Shown here piece by piece: positions 1 through 10,279 of a stretch of 64,000 bases of DNA. The notes beneath the pieces are model-generated. The model saw only the letters and a list, made by a program, of their open reading frames with translations. It ran no database searches and was not told the DNA's origin. The stretch is from Macrostomum lignano (Eukaryota). The DNA is taken from the NCBI GenBank assembly GCA_002269645.1, contig NIVC01000327.1:62001-126000 (forward strand). The letters are read 5' to 3'. Position numbers and translations under genes: made by a program. Each line of letters opens with the position of its first letter. Within the stretch, counting starts at the first letter, position 1.

Positions 1-231
1 GGTTCATTGATTGATTGATTGGTTTTTTGATTGATTGATTGATTAGTTGATTACTTAAATCATTGCTTTGTTGATTGATTGGTGAAATTATCTGGTTCAA
101 TAATTTTACTTTTTGATACTACGTCCATGACTGAAAATTGGATACAATAAACTATCAAGATTTATCAATAAACAAAAACTATATAATTGAGACTCTCTAA
201 AAGCATTCCCATATCTTATAATTTTTTCCAG

Positions 232-3200
232 GCTCAACTGGTCCCGTGTTGGTATTCGAAACCATCGTGTTCAAGATGTGCAAGGAGTGGCACTGGGACT
301 ACCTGAGCTTGAGAATGTGGATCGGCCTGTGGATATTCGTCATCCTAATGCTTATAGTCGCTTTCGATTTAAGCGCGTTGGTTAAGTAAGTTCTTGTTTA
401 ACTTTTTGAGTGTACATTGCAACAGAGGGTTAACATAAGTGTACTTTACCATAGCGTTCGGTAGGATCGTAGCCTAGTGGTGAGAGCGTCAGACTCATGA
501 CTGAAAGGTTGGGGGTTCGATTCTCGACCCGCTTCCGGACATTTGCCCTCCGGCACTTCCCCTCCGGCACTTGCCCTCCGGCACTTCCCCTCGGCGGCGT
601 TTGCCCTCCGGACATTTGCCCTCCGGGACATTTCCCCTCCGGACATTTGCCCTCCGGACATTTCCCCTCGGGGACATTTGCCCTCGGGGACATTTGCCCT
701 CCGGACATTTGCCCTCCGGACATTTGCCCTCCGGACATTTCCCCTCCGCACATTTGCCCTCTGCAAATTTACCCCCTCGCACATTACTCACCTCACCTCC
801 TCCTGTACCCACCCGTCGTTCCTCCAGCACCAACCTCATCCTCCCGCCTCTTGCATCCATCAGGTTCTTCTCCAGCCAACAACTCATCCTTTTCTAGTAA
901 GCAATATATACCCGCGCCCTACCCCATCCCCAGCCTTACCTGTACTTTTCCAGAGGGGAAATGTCCGGAGGGCAAATGTCCGGAGGGCAAATGTCCCCGA
1001 GGGCAAATGTCCCCGAGGGGAAATGTCCGGAGGGCAAATGTCCGGAGGGGAAATGTCCCGGAGGGCAAATGTCCAGAGGGCAAACGCCGCCGAGGGGAAG
1101 TGCCGGAGGGCAAGTGCCGGAGGGGAAGTGCCGGAGGGCAAATGTCCGGAAGCCTTCTCGACCCAAATCGGAAAAATTTGTGTTTGTCTTAAGTTGCAAG
1201 ACAACTTAATTAACTCTGCATTGCTTCAGTTCACTCAGCTGTAAAATGGGTGCCAGTATTAGCTGGGGTAATTGAGGCTGTGTGTGTGGCGAACCCCTCC
1301 AGGTGCGGTTAGATGCAATGAAAAAATAATGACAATCTGTACATTGCCAATTCGAAATCTGCACATGCTCACAAACCATGCCTCAAACAGGTACATCACC
1401 AGATTCACTGAGGAATCGTTCGCGGCCCTAATCGCTCTCATCTTCATAGTGGAAGCCATAAAAAAGTTACTGCACATCGCTTCATATTATCCAATTAATA
1501 AATCTTGGCACCCGAAGTTCGTGTCAGATTTTAATTGCTCATGCGAGTTGGATCCTTCGGTGAACGCCTCCGAACGCAAGCCGCTGATGCCCGGTCAGCG
1601 CTACTTCGTGCCCAGCTATCCAAGACCCTACGGCGACGGCAACGGCACCGAAGTTCGCTATTTCGCCAATTATTCCCAACTGGACTACTGGGACTGGGAG
1701 TCCAGCAAATACTATAAATACTGCATCAATAATCAGGGAGTCTGGTCTGGCAGCGGTTGCGGCAAGTTCGCTGTGCCGGACGTATTCTTCTTCTCCTGCC
1801 TGCTCTTCCTGGGCACGTTCGGCATCAGCTACGGCCTGAAGATGATGCGCAACTCCAGATTCTTTCCAAATCGAGTTCGATCCATAATTAGCGATTTCGC
1901 AGTCATGCTGGCTATTGTTGCCATGACATTGGTTGACCTGCTGATGGGGCTGCACACGCCAAAGCTGCACGTGCCGGATACGTTCTCGCCGACACTGGGC
2001 TACGAGACCAGAGGCTGGATTGTTCCACCATTCGGTAGTCGCGGTCAGAACCCGGCCTATTCTGCAATATTCGCCTTGCTGCCGGCTCTCCTAGCAACTA
2101 TTCTGATCTTCATGGACCAGCAGATCACAGCAGTGATTGTCAATCGCAAGGAGAACAAGCTGAAGAAAGGCCTTGGCTATCATCTGGACTTGCTGATTGT
2201 TGCAGTGCTGATTGGCATCAATTCTATTCTGGGCATTCCCTGGTTTGTTGCCGCCACCGTGCTGTCAATCAATCACGTGATGGCGCTGAAAATCGAGAGC
2301 GAGACAACTGCGCCGGGGGAGAGGCCCAAGTTCCTCGGGTGTCGGTGAGTTACTTTTATTAAATTATTGGTTTTGTTCAGTGCAAACTACTAGCTAAGAC
2401 AGACACTGACAGACACTGACAGACAGACACTGACAGACACTGACAGACACTGACAGACACTGACAGACAGACACTGACAGACACTGACAGACACTGACAG
2501 ACACTGACAGACACTGACAGACAGACACTGACAGACACTGACAGACACTGACAGACACTGACAGACAGACACTGACAGACACTGACAGACACTGACAGAC
2601 ACTGACAGACACTGACAGACACTGACAGACACTGACAGACACTGACAGACACTGACAGACACTGACAGACAGACACTGACAGACACTGACAGACACTGAC
2701 AGACAGACACAGACAGACACTGACAGACACTGACAGACACTGACAGACACTGACAGACACTGACAGACACTGACAGACACTGACAGACACTGACAGACAC
2801 TGACAGACACTGACAGACACTGACAGACACTGACAGACACTGACAGACACTGACAGACACTGACAGACACTGACAGACACTGACAGACACGGAGACAGAC
2901 ACAGACAGACACTCAGGCAGATGCACCAAGACAGACACTGACAGAAACTGACAGACACTGACAGACACTGACAGACACTGACAGACACTGACAGACACTG
3001 ACAGACACACAGACAGACACTGACAGACACAGACAGACACTGACAGATACTGAAAGACACTGACAGACACTGACAGACACTGACAGACACTGACAGACAC
3101 TGACAGACACACAGACAGACACTGACAGACACAGACAGACACTGACAGATACTGACAGACACTGACAGACACTGACAGACACTGACAGATACTAAGACGG

Positions 3201-5302
3201 ACACTAAGACAGACACTGACAGACACTGACAGACACTGACAGACACTGACAGACACTGACAGACACTGACAGACACTGACAGACACTGACAGATTCTAAG
3301 ACAGATACTAAGACAGACACCAAGACAGACACTGAGGCAGACACCAAGCAGTCAGTTGATTTTGGCGTATTGTATCTCAAATTTACGAGGCAAACCTTCA
3401 ATTCATTTAATTTCAGCGAGAACCGCGTCACCGGCTTCCTGATCTTCCTGCTCATCGGGCTGTCCGTCTTCCTGACCCCGGTGCTCAAGCACATCCCCAT
3501 GCCGGTGCTGTACGGAGTGTTCCTGTTCATGGGCATCTCCAGCCTGCGCGGCGTGCAGCTCGTGCAGCGGGTGGGGCTTTTCTTCATGCCGCAGAAGTAC
3601 CAGCCGGACTACAGGTTCCTCAGGTGAGACTGCATGGCTGTGCCTGTCTGTCTCCGACGACTGCCTGTCTCAGTGTCTGTCTCAGTGTCTGTCTCCGTGT
3701 CTGTCTCAGTGTCTGTCTCCGTGTCTGTCTCAGTGTCTGTCTCCGTGTCTGTCTCCGTGTCTGTCTCAGTGTCTGTCTCCGTGTCTGTCTCAGTGTCTGT
3801 CATTGTGTCTGTCTCAGTGTCTATCTTGGTGTCTGTCTTGATGTCTGTCTCAGTGTCTGTCAGTGTCTGTCTTGGTGTCTGTCTTGATGTCTGTCTTGGT
3901 GTCTGTCTTGGTGTCTGTCTTAGTGTCTGTCTTAGTGTCTGTCTCAGTGTCTGTCTCCGTGTCTGTCTCACTGTCTGTCTCAGTGTCTGTCTCCGTGTCT
4001 GTCTCAGTGTCTGTCAGTGTCTGTCATTGTGTCTGTCTCAGTGTCTATCTTGGTGTCTGTCTCTGAATGTCTGTCTCAGTGTCTGTCAGTGTCTGTCTTG
4101 GTGTCTGTCTTAGTGTCTGTCTTGGTGTCTGTCTTTTTGTGTCTGTCTCAGTGTCTGTCTGTCTGCCTGAGCACACTTTAATCCCAATACGCGCGCTCAC
4201 CCATTTCAGGCACGTGAAGATAATCCAGGTGCACAAGTTCACCATCATCCAGGTGGCCTGCCTCGCCCTATTGTGGGCCGTGAAGGTGATCAAGCAGGTG
4301 TCAATCCTGTTCCCCATCATGGTGCTGGCCATGTGCTTTATTCGCAAAGCTCTAGACTACGTGTTCGCCCAGAATGAATTGAAATGGCTGGACGATATCA
4401 TGCCGGAGCTGACTCTGAAGCCCAAGACCGCGTCAAGCAGAGCAGCATCCGACATAGGCATGACGGAGAGGCTGGGCAAATCCGGTGACAGCTCGGCAAG
4501 CGGTTTGGAGAAAAAGTCTTCGGCCAATGTTGCTGGGTGAGCTGCTATAGCTACCTGCAACCTCTTCTCTTCTTGACGAAAGCAACTTAAGATATTATTG
4601 TGGAACGCCACACTAGCAAACTGTGCAAATTTTCATTGGAGACCGAGATTTCAAGATTTATCGGATTTCATGCAGCTTTGGGATGTTCGTTTACTAACTT
4701 ACGAGAAACGGTTGAGCCATAACATTTGGTCCTTTATAGTTTTAAGTTCAGATACTCAGAGACTCATTCTCCGTTATTGGGTTGAGTCTCATTTTGTTTC
4801 TCTAATTATAGTCTATGGCCACGTTTTTTATGAGCATCACTCGAGGCTAGATTGTTTGGCTATAGCGTGCAAACAAAGTCTTAATTAATTGGTGGATTGT
4901 TCAAGTATTTCTGCTTGTTCTATCATGTTTTAATTTATAGTGCTAAAATAAATACCTGCAGTGTAAAGAACTTTAAAAAACCCTTCAAAATGTACACTTC
5001 TACCGAGTGCATAACGTCCTTCTAAAGGTCTTTCTAAAGTCTCGCAAATTTTTACGTCTAACTGCGTTTTAACAAAACAATTGCTCCACATGTTTTCGAA
5101 CGACCTTTGAAAGCTTTTGTCTTAAAGAAAAAATATTTAGAAGACTTTTTTAGTTACTATATATATAATTGCAATTATTTTCCGCAGAACCCAGCCTAAC
5201 GAATCCGAGGCCCTACTGTTGCCTGGTGCGCCCGAAGTCAACATCGTGGTTGAACCTCCGTCGCCAGCGCAGTCGCCAATACAGTCGAAAAAACTCTACT
5301 GA
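232..5302 (+). CDS. SLC4: SLC4-family bicarbonate transporter, Na+-coupled (NBC/NDCBE/NDAE1-like), 3' part; 5' exons lie upstream of the window
   Basis: Exons 232-385, 1391-2344, 3417-3623, 4210-4536, 5188-5302, all GT-AG; all four introns are phase 2 and the frame is continuous. Hallmark segments [81 protein letters not shown]. The four Cys in the large extracellular loop (NCSC...C...GC) are typical of Na+-coupled members. AATAAA at 5335-5340. Confidence 0.95.
463..1320 (+). mobile_element. tRNA-derived SINE, copy 1, interrupted by a foldback/MULE-like insertion
   Basis: A box tagcctagtgg 470-480 and B box ggttcgattc 514-523. After the insertion the body resumes at 1155 with ...gcttcagttcactcagctgtaaaatgggtgccagtattagctggggtaattgagg, matching the copies at 54.0-54.3 kb and 60.5-60.7 kb. 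The central part resembles the CORE/MIR-type domain. Confidence 0.8.
531..1153. mobile_element. Non-autonomous foldback/Mutator-like DNA element with ~200 bp TIRs built of ~15 bp subrepeats
   Basis: Left arm starts gcttccggacatttgccc (531); right arm 951-1153 is its near-perfect reverse complement. Subrepeat ggacatttgccctcc; ~190 bp unique spacer; flanking direct repeat ttctcgaccc at 521-530 and 1155-1164. Confidence 0.85.
2396..3350. repeat. Intronic minisatellite, 10 bp unit tgacagacac
   Basis: About 90 tandem copies, with 12 bp variants (ctaagacagaca, ccaagacagaca) at the edges. Confidence 0.95.
3641..4168. repeat. Intronic minisatellite, 12 bp unit gtgtctgtctca (reverse-complement relative of the 2396-3350 array)
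   Basis: Tandem copies; reverse complement tgagacagacac; contains embedded 10 bp gtgtctgtca units. Confidence 0.95.
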
Positions 5303-5649
5303 TAATCGTTTATTTATCGACAAGTTGGCTGACGAATAAATGATTAGTTTATTTAGTTATTTGTTGATGATAACATTATGGCTACTATTGTACTCGTACT
5401 ACTGTATGTGGTTAAAAATTTGATAGATTAATTCAATTTATGATTTTGATCTTTGAGCCTTGTTCTGAGAAAACGTAGCAAAATTAGAGATGATCAGCAA
5501 TCAGAAGTTTTAGGGTTGATGTAGTATTTAGTTAGAGGTAGGTGGGTTGTGTGCACTCTGGCGCACTTTAAGCGACATTGTCACACAACCGGTGAGAGGC
5601 ATTGCTGCCCATTCCACAGACTCCCCTGAGCAGGCACACAAGCGCGCGG

Positions 5650-5755
5650 ATACGTACGCAGTCATACGCACAGGCACACTCTCACACAGGAGTGTACAGC
5701 GGCCCTGACTTTATCGTTAGGCATGTACACTTCACTGTGCCTTGGGGGTTGGCCA
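5650..5755. repeat. Dispersed repeat fragment; related copy at ~62595-62680
   Basis: ctcacacagg-gtgtac...cgttaggcatgtacac...ctgtgcct is shared between 5690-5745 and 62605-62672. Family not identified. Confidence 0.5.
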
Positions 5756-6631
5756 TCAAGGGCGTTAATTGCACGAGCAGAGCCAAGCCCAGGGAATGTT
5801 CAAACTATAACAAAATTACAAGGCTTGATTTATAATTATTTCATGATTAGCATAGAAAAAAAATACTTGTAACTTTTAATTTCATGCGCCATAGCTTATT
5901 CTATACTATTTGAAGTGCAAATCTAAAAAAATTATTAGCTTTTTTCAAATAACTGGACTTTATATTGCAAAATAGTCAAAAACTTAACTTGCAATCGTAT
6001 TTAAATATACCGTAACTATATCAACTCGATAAAACTAAACTTTTTGGAGCAGAAATTTACAACTCAAAAAGCTCTAATTTACAATAGGTTGATATGTAGC
6101 CTAAAGACCACTTATTTTTGTTCCGATGTCTATATGAGGTTAACTTATCAATATTTTCCCTTCACCAGGTTCACCTGGTTACGTTTAGCATAAAATTTCA
6201 GTTTCGATTAGATATTCGAACTGCCTTGGTACTCACATTTGGTGTACTGCCAAGGACAAACGATATACTTCAGTGGGATATTTACCTAGCTTCCCAGACA
6301 ACCAAATACGTCTGTCAACGTCGACTTCACGTTTCAATTTTATCGCACCAAACGACGTCGCAAAAAAAATTGACGGGCGACCAAGTTTTTGGTCGCAAAT
6401 TAACTTTTTGGCGACCAAATAAGCGACGAGGACCCAGCAGTGACAGATCTGCGATGCTTTCATCATGACTGGCTGTGACAATTTCTAACGAATTAGCTGT
6501 CAGCTCTCGGAGGCTATCTTTAGCCAGCACATTGCACATGACTAGATAAGCAGCAAACGCTTTGTTGCAAGCCTGCAATTTCCAGTTAACAAACAGAGTT
6601 AAACCATTTTAAAGTAATAAACTGCATAGAA

Positions 6632-7633
6632 ATGTCAAACTCTTTGAGTTTAGTGATTTGTCTTATTACAATAATCAATTTGTTCAGCAACGCGACACGG
6701 ATGGTTGGATGCGACTTGGCGGTGAATTGGCGAAAAATCGGAGAGGATCTTTCTGAGTACAGGCTGATGAAGCAGGCTGCTGAGATAGGGCACCTGGCCC
6801 AGTGCCTGTTATCCGCTGACAATACCAGCGAGGCGGTCTGGTACTCGAGTCACAACCGAACCTGTCATGAGTTTGTGTGCAACAGGGGGCCAAACGGTTG
6901 TAGAAAGTGCAGGAATGCTATTCGTGCAGATGCTACAGTGACTCAAGTCTGGGTGAGTACACGTGTCTGCAACACGGATTTTCTTCTGTTTTCTCTGGTC
7001 TTCTATTACGTTCCAAAATGCTTTCAGATTCGGGCACAACCATCGGGCCAATTCAACTGCTGGAAGACATTCCAGCATCGTGTCAGCAGCAACCTGAGCT
7101 TCGATAAGAACTGGACCGACTACTCCACCGGATTTGGCTTAGAAGAGGCCGACAATTTCTGGCTGGGCCTTGAGCAGATTCACCAGCTCACCAAACACAG
7201 AGGTCGCCGGGTCCGTTGGGAGCTGAGCGATTGGGACAAAAAATGGTACTGGACGGAGAACTTCAACTTCACCGTGTCCGGGCCCGAGGACAAGTACCGG
7301 GCTGTCATTGGCGAGTTTGACTCTGCCGCTTCAAGCATTGGACAGGCCATGACGACTAGCGACGTTGGCATCCAGGGTAACCAGTTTTCAACCCCGGACT
7401 CCGATAACGATTTGAGTCCGGATGATTGCGCTTTAGAGCGTCGCGGGGGCTGGTGGTTCGGTTATTGTACTTACTTCAATCCGAACGGCATCTACTTCGA
7501 CTACCCAACAGCCTTGAGCGTGCACTACACCCAGATGCCAATGATGTACCACTGCGACGGGTGTCCCAGTCCTCTGGGCCAGAGCTACTCGCTGAGAACG
7601 GTAGAGTGCATGATTGAGCACTGGATGCCATGA
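6632..7633 (+). CDS. Secreted fibrinogen-related domain (FReD) protein, tenascin/ficolin/angiopoietin-like C-terminal domain
   Basis: Signal peptide MSNSLSLVICLITIINLFS. FReD motifs WKTFQHR...NWTDYSTGFG, FWLGLEQIHQLT, FSTPDSDND...CA...GGWWFGYC..NPNG, YSLRTVECMI. The 333 aa ORF probably contains a 75 nt in-frame intron at 6953-7027 (308 aa if spliced). Confidence 0.9.
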   Translation: MSNSLSLVICLITIINLFSNATRMVGCDLAVNWRKIGEDLSEYRLMKQAAEIGHLAQCLLSADNTSEAVWYSSHNRTCHEFVCNRGPNGCRKCRNAIRADATVTQVWVSTRVCNTDFLLFSLVFYYVPKCFQIRAQPSGQFNCWKTFQHRVSSNLSFDKNWTDYSTGFGLEEADNFWLGLEQIHQLTKHRGRRVRWELSDWDKKWYWTENFNFTVSGPEDKYRAVIGEFDSAASSIGQAMTTSDVGIQGNQFSTPDSDNDLSPDDCALERRGGWWFGYCTYFNPNGIYFDYPTALSVHYTQMPMMYHCDGCPSPLGQSYSLRTVECMIEHWMP

Positions 7634-8323
7634 TACAGGATCTAGAATCGTCTTTAAAAACAAGCTCGTTAAAGCGCGCGCATAAGGTTAAATGCTGTTT
7701 ACGTCGTATAGTGTTAGATTGGGTGCAATGTTGATAAAAAGCTTTTATCATGAGGATTCTTGAGGGGCTGCGTGTGGCGAGGAGCGGAGCACGAGTTTAG
7801 AAGTACTTTGAGCAGTTTCACGTTGGTTTTGTGCGTCAGTTTGAAACTTTTTTGCGCATCTGGACTGGGCTAAAAGCGACTTGTCTCTATGGTCTATTGT
7901 ACACATATTTTTGTTTAAATATCATTAGATTTGTTTACTAGCGACTTTAAGTAAGCCCCTGAAGCTGTCAATTTGACGAAACGCGTTGACCAATGACGTT
8001 TTAATGTTTGTTTTGAAACTTTTAATCACTGTATTTATAAAAGCAACTCTACCCCAACAATGAATAATTTTTTTATCTAGAAATTAAAAACATTTATTGG
8101 CGTACACTGAGATTTGTGCAAAGTTTTGTGAATTCCTAGAAACATTCATGATATATCCACGTGTTCACATGCGTCGGAACGTTTAAAAAACGTTTTAAAC
8201 GTTTTTAAAGCAGGTACCATTGATGCCCCCTTTTAAAAGTGGGGGGGGGGGCATGGCCCCCCTGCCTCCCCCTCTCCCCTGTTCTGTCGCATATGATCAT
8301 TACTCATTTGTTATAATCAATTA

Positions 8324-9782
8324 TGATGTGGCCGCAGCCTTCTGCTGCAAGCATAGGGCCGCAGTCACATCTTAGGCACTGTTGTCCGCTGCTAGTATCT
8401 GGAATAGGAATTTTTCTGCTGCCTCCATGCACTCTAAGCAGCCCTCCTTGGCGCTCAGAAGTTGCACATTATGGCGCAATGGTGACGTCAATAACATAGG
8501 AATTAGGGAGTTTTGCCTAGCCTAGGGTTAGTTAGTGGAAGCCGCCAAATTTGGCGCTTGCCTGTACTGTTGTTGCCTGGCCTGCCGCGTACGATCGCTC
8601 AGTGTACGCAAGTCTAGTTAGCCGCACTCCTCCCCCGTGCGCTCTCTAGACCCTTCCCCCTTCTGCTCTCTCGTTCCTCCTGCGTCCGAGCCTCTCCCCA
8701 TGCGTCATTCTATTTTTAGACTGAGGGTTTCGCGGACCCCGTGTCCCGAGCTGAACCCTCCCTCACGTGCTGCCTTGTGCGCACAAGCCCAAATTTGGCA
8801 TGCTATTGTCACTGGTGGCTTGAGGCGACTGTCGGCGCTTCGTACAAGCTACTTTCTCCCCCCATGTTTAATCAATATCTGTTGTGCATCATTATCCGCA
8901 CTTTTCGGCTGCAGTTCCATGGTCAAGCCACGGAATGCCCAAACGCTCCACCCTCCGCGTTCTATATTAACGAATGCAGGCCCGCTTGTCTGATTTTTCC
9001 TCAGATCCGCCTCGTGAGGACTTGTCGAGAGCTTTCTCCAAGTCTAGCGCTCTAGCGCCGGTTGACAGCGAAGCAAAGCTCCTGAGCAGGTCTTGGTAGA
9101 GCTATAAGCATCGCTAAGCAGCTGCAAGCTCCTGAGCAGGTCTTGGTAGAGCATTGCAGCGCTCAAGCAGAAAGCACGCTCCTGAGCAGGTCTTGGTAGA
9201 GCATTGCTAGTGCTATAGCTCTGGTTTTCCAGCCTACCCTATTGGCAGGAAATCAGTTGGCTGAAGCCATTCTGCTGGTGTCTATTCGCGACACAGGCGC
9301 GAATAAGAGTGAGAGTGTGTGTGCAGTCGCAGCACTCGTGCGCGATCCTAAGAACTAGCTGTTAGTTTATAGACCTAGAGTCTATTGCTGCTTCAGGCAC
9401 ATAGACCTATTCCTCGCCGCCCATCTGCGCGAGACGTAGCTATTAGGTTGGTAGGAGTTAGGGGTCCTCTGAGAGCTAAACTCAGACACGCTCAAGCGCG
9501 GACAATTGTCAGTGCCAGGACTGCGCCGCTCAGGCCATTTGCTACCATTGAGTCCTGTCACTTGGACATTGAAATATCTGAGACTAGTTGTTCTAGCGTT
9601 ATTTATTTGCGTGGAGCCCAAACAGACCCCTTCATTGCGGATCCTACGGTTCCCACGCTGGTGGCAGCACTACCCTTAATTTTAGATTTCCCCAGTCTCA
9701 ACCCCCACAAGCGTGCTTGCTAAGGTTGCCTCGGCCAATAGCAGTCCGCCTCACCCTAGCAGCCAGATACCGAGACACAACA
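8324..9782 (+). mobile_element. LTR (TG...CA, ~1459 bp) of an LTR retrotransposon, copy A, followed by a PBS; internal region absent
   Basis: Starts tgatgtggccgc, ends caca aca. Near-identical inverted copy at 10280-11701. Three 50 bp internal repeats (cctgagcagg at 9081, 9131, 9181). Confidence 0.85.
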
Positions 9783-9783
9783 C

Positions 9784-9801
9784 TGGTGGCAGCGGTGGGA
9801 T
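9784..9801 (+). other. Primer-binding site complementary to the tRNA-Leu 3' end
   Basis: tggtggcagcggtgggat is the 18 nt complement of ATCCCACCGCTGCCA-CCA (eukaryotic tRNA-Leu AAG/TAG type), 1 nt after the LTR-terminal CA. Confidence 0.85.
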
Positions 9802-10260
9802 ACCAAGATTTACAGACCCGAGCCAAGGCAAGCAGAAGCAAGGGCACTTTAATTAATTGCTGATACGACGGATTCTAGGATCCCTGATCCAACCTGATCA
9901 GATCCGTATTTTTGTAGTTTCCGACACTCACAAAATATAAAGTGGCAAATTAATACTGAATGGATTAAAAATAGAACAATTCTAGCACTTAATTTTGCTG
10001 GATAAAATATAAAGAAAAAATTAATTTTACTAAAAAGTGGGGGGGCAGATACTTTTGATGGCCATGCCTATGCATGTGCCTTGACAAACAGAATAAAGCC
10101 CTGAAACTCTTAACTGAATTAATAAGTTTTAACTTATGAGCCAACTGACACTCAATCATGCGGCTATGAGCTGCTTAATTCCCTCAGTAATTATTAATGG
10201 CAACCAAACTGTTATAAACGTCTTAGGTCTGCTTGCTGGGGTGGTTCGGCAGGTTTTGAT

Positions 10261-10278
10261 ATCCCACCGCTGCCACCA
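10261..10278 (-). other. Primer-binding site (tRNA-Leu) of LTR copy B
   Basis: Plus strand atcccaccgctgccacca; 1 nt from the terminal CA of LTR B on the minus strand. Confidence 0.85.
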
Positions 10279-10279
10279 G

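Noticed and set aside
463-530. tRNA gene with a CAT-like anticodon
   Set aside because: The anticodon stem is imperfect, there is no 3' acceptor strand, and the sequence continues as a SINE body seen in two other copies.
430-1244. Multiple overlapping ORFs (GGQMS / EGKCP repeats)
   Set aside because: Translations of the foldback subrepeats inside an SLC4 intron.
1272-1390. N-terminal 40 codons of the 358 aa ORF as a gene start
   Set aside because: Overlaps the SINE tail and intron; SLC4 homology and a good acceptor start at 1391.
4537-4540. Alternative SLC4 C-terminus from the stop overlapping the donor (gg/gtga)
   Set aside because: In-frame stops in gtga/gtaa donors are common; no independent support.
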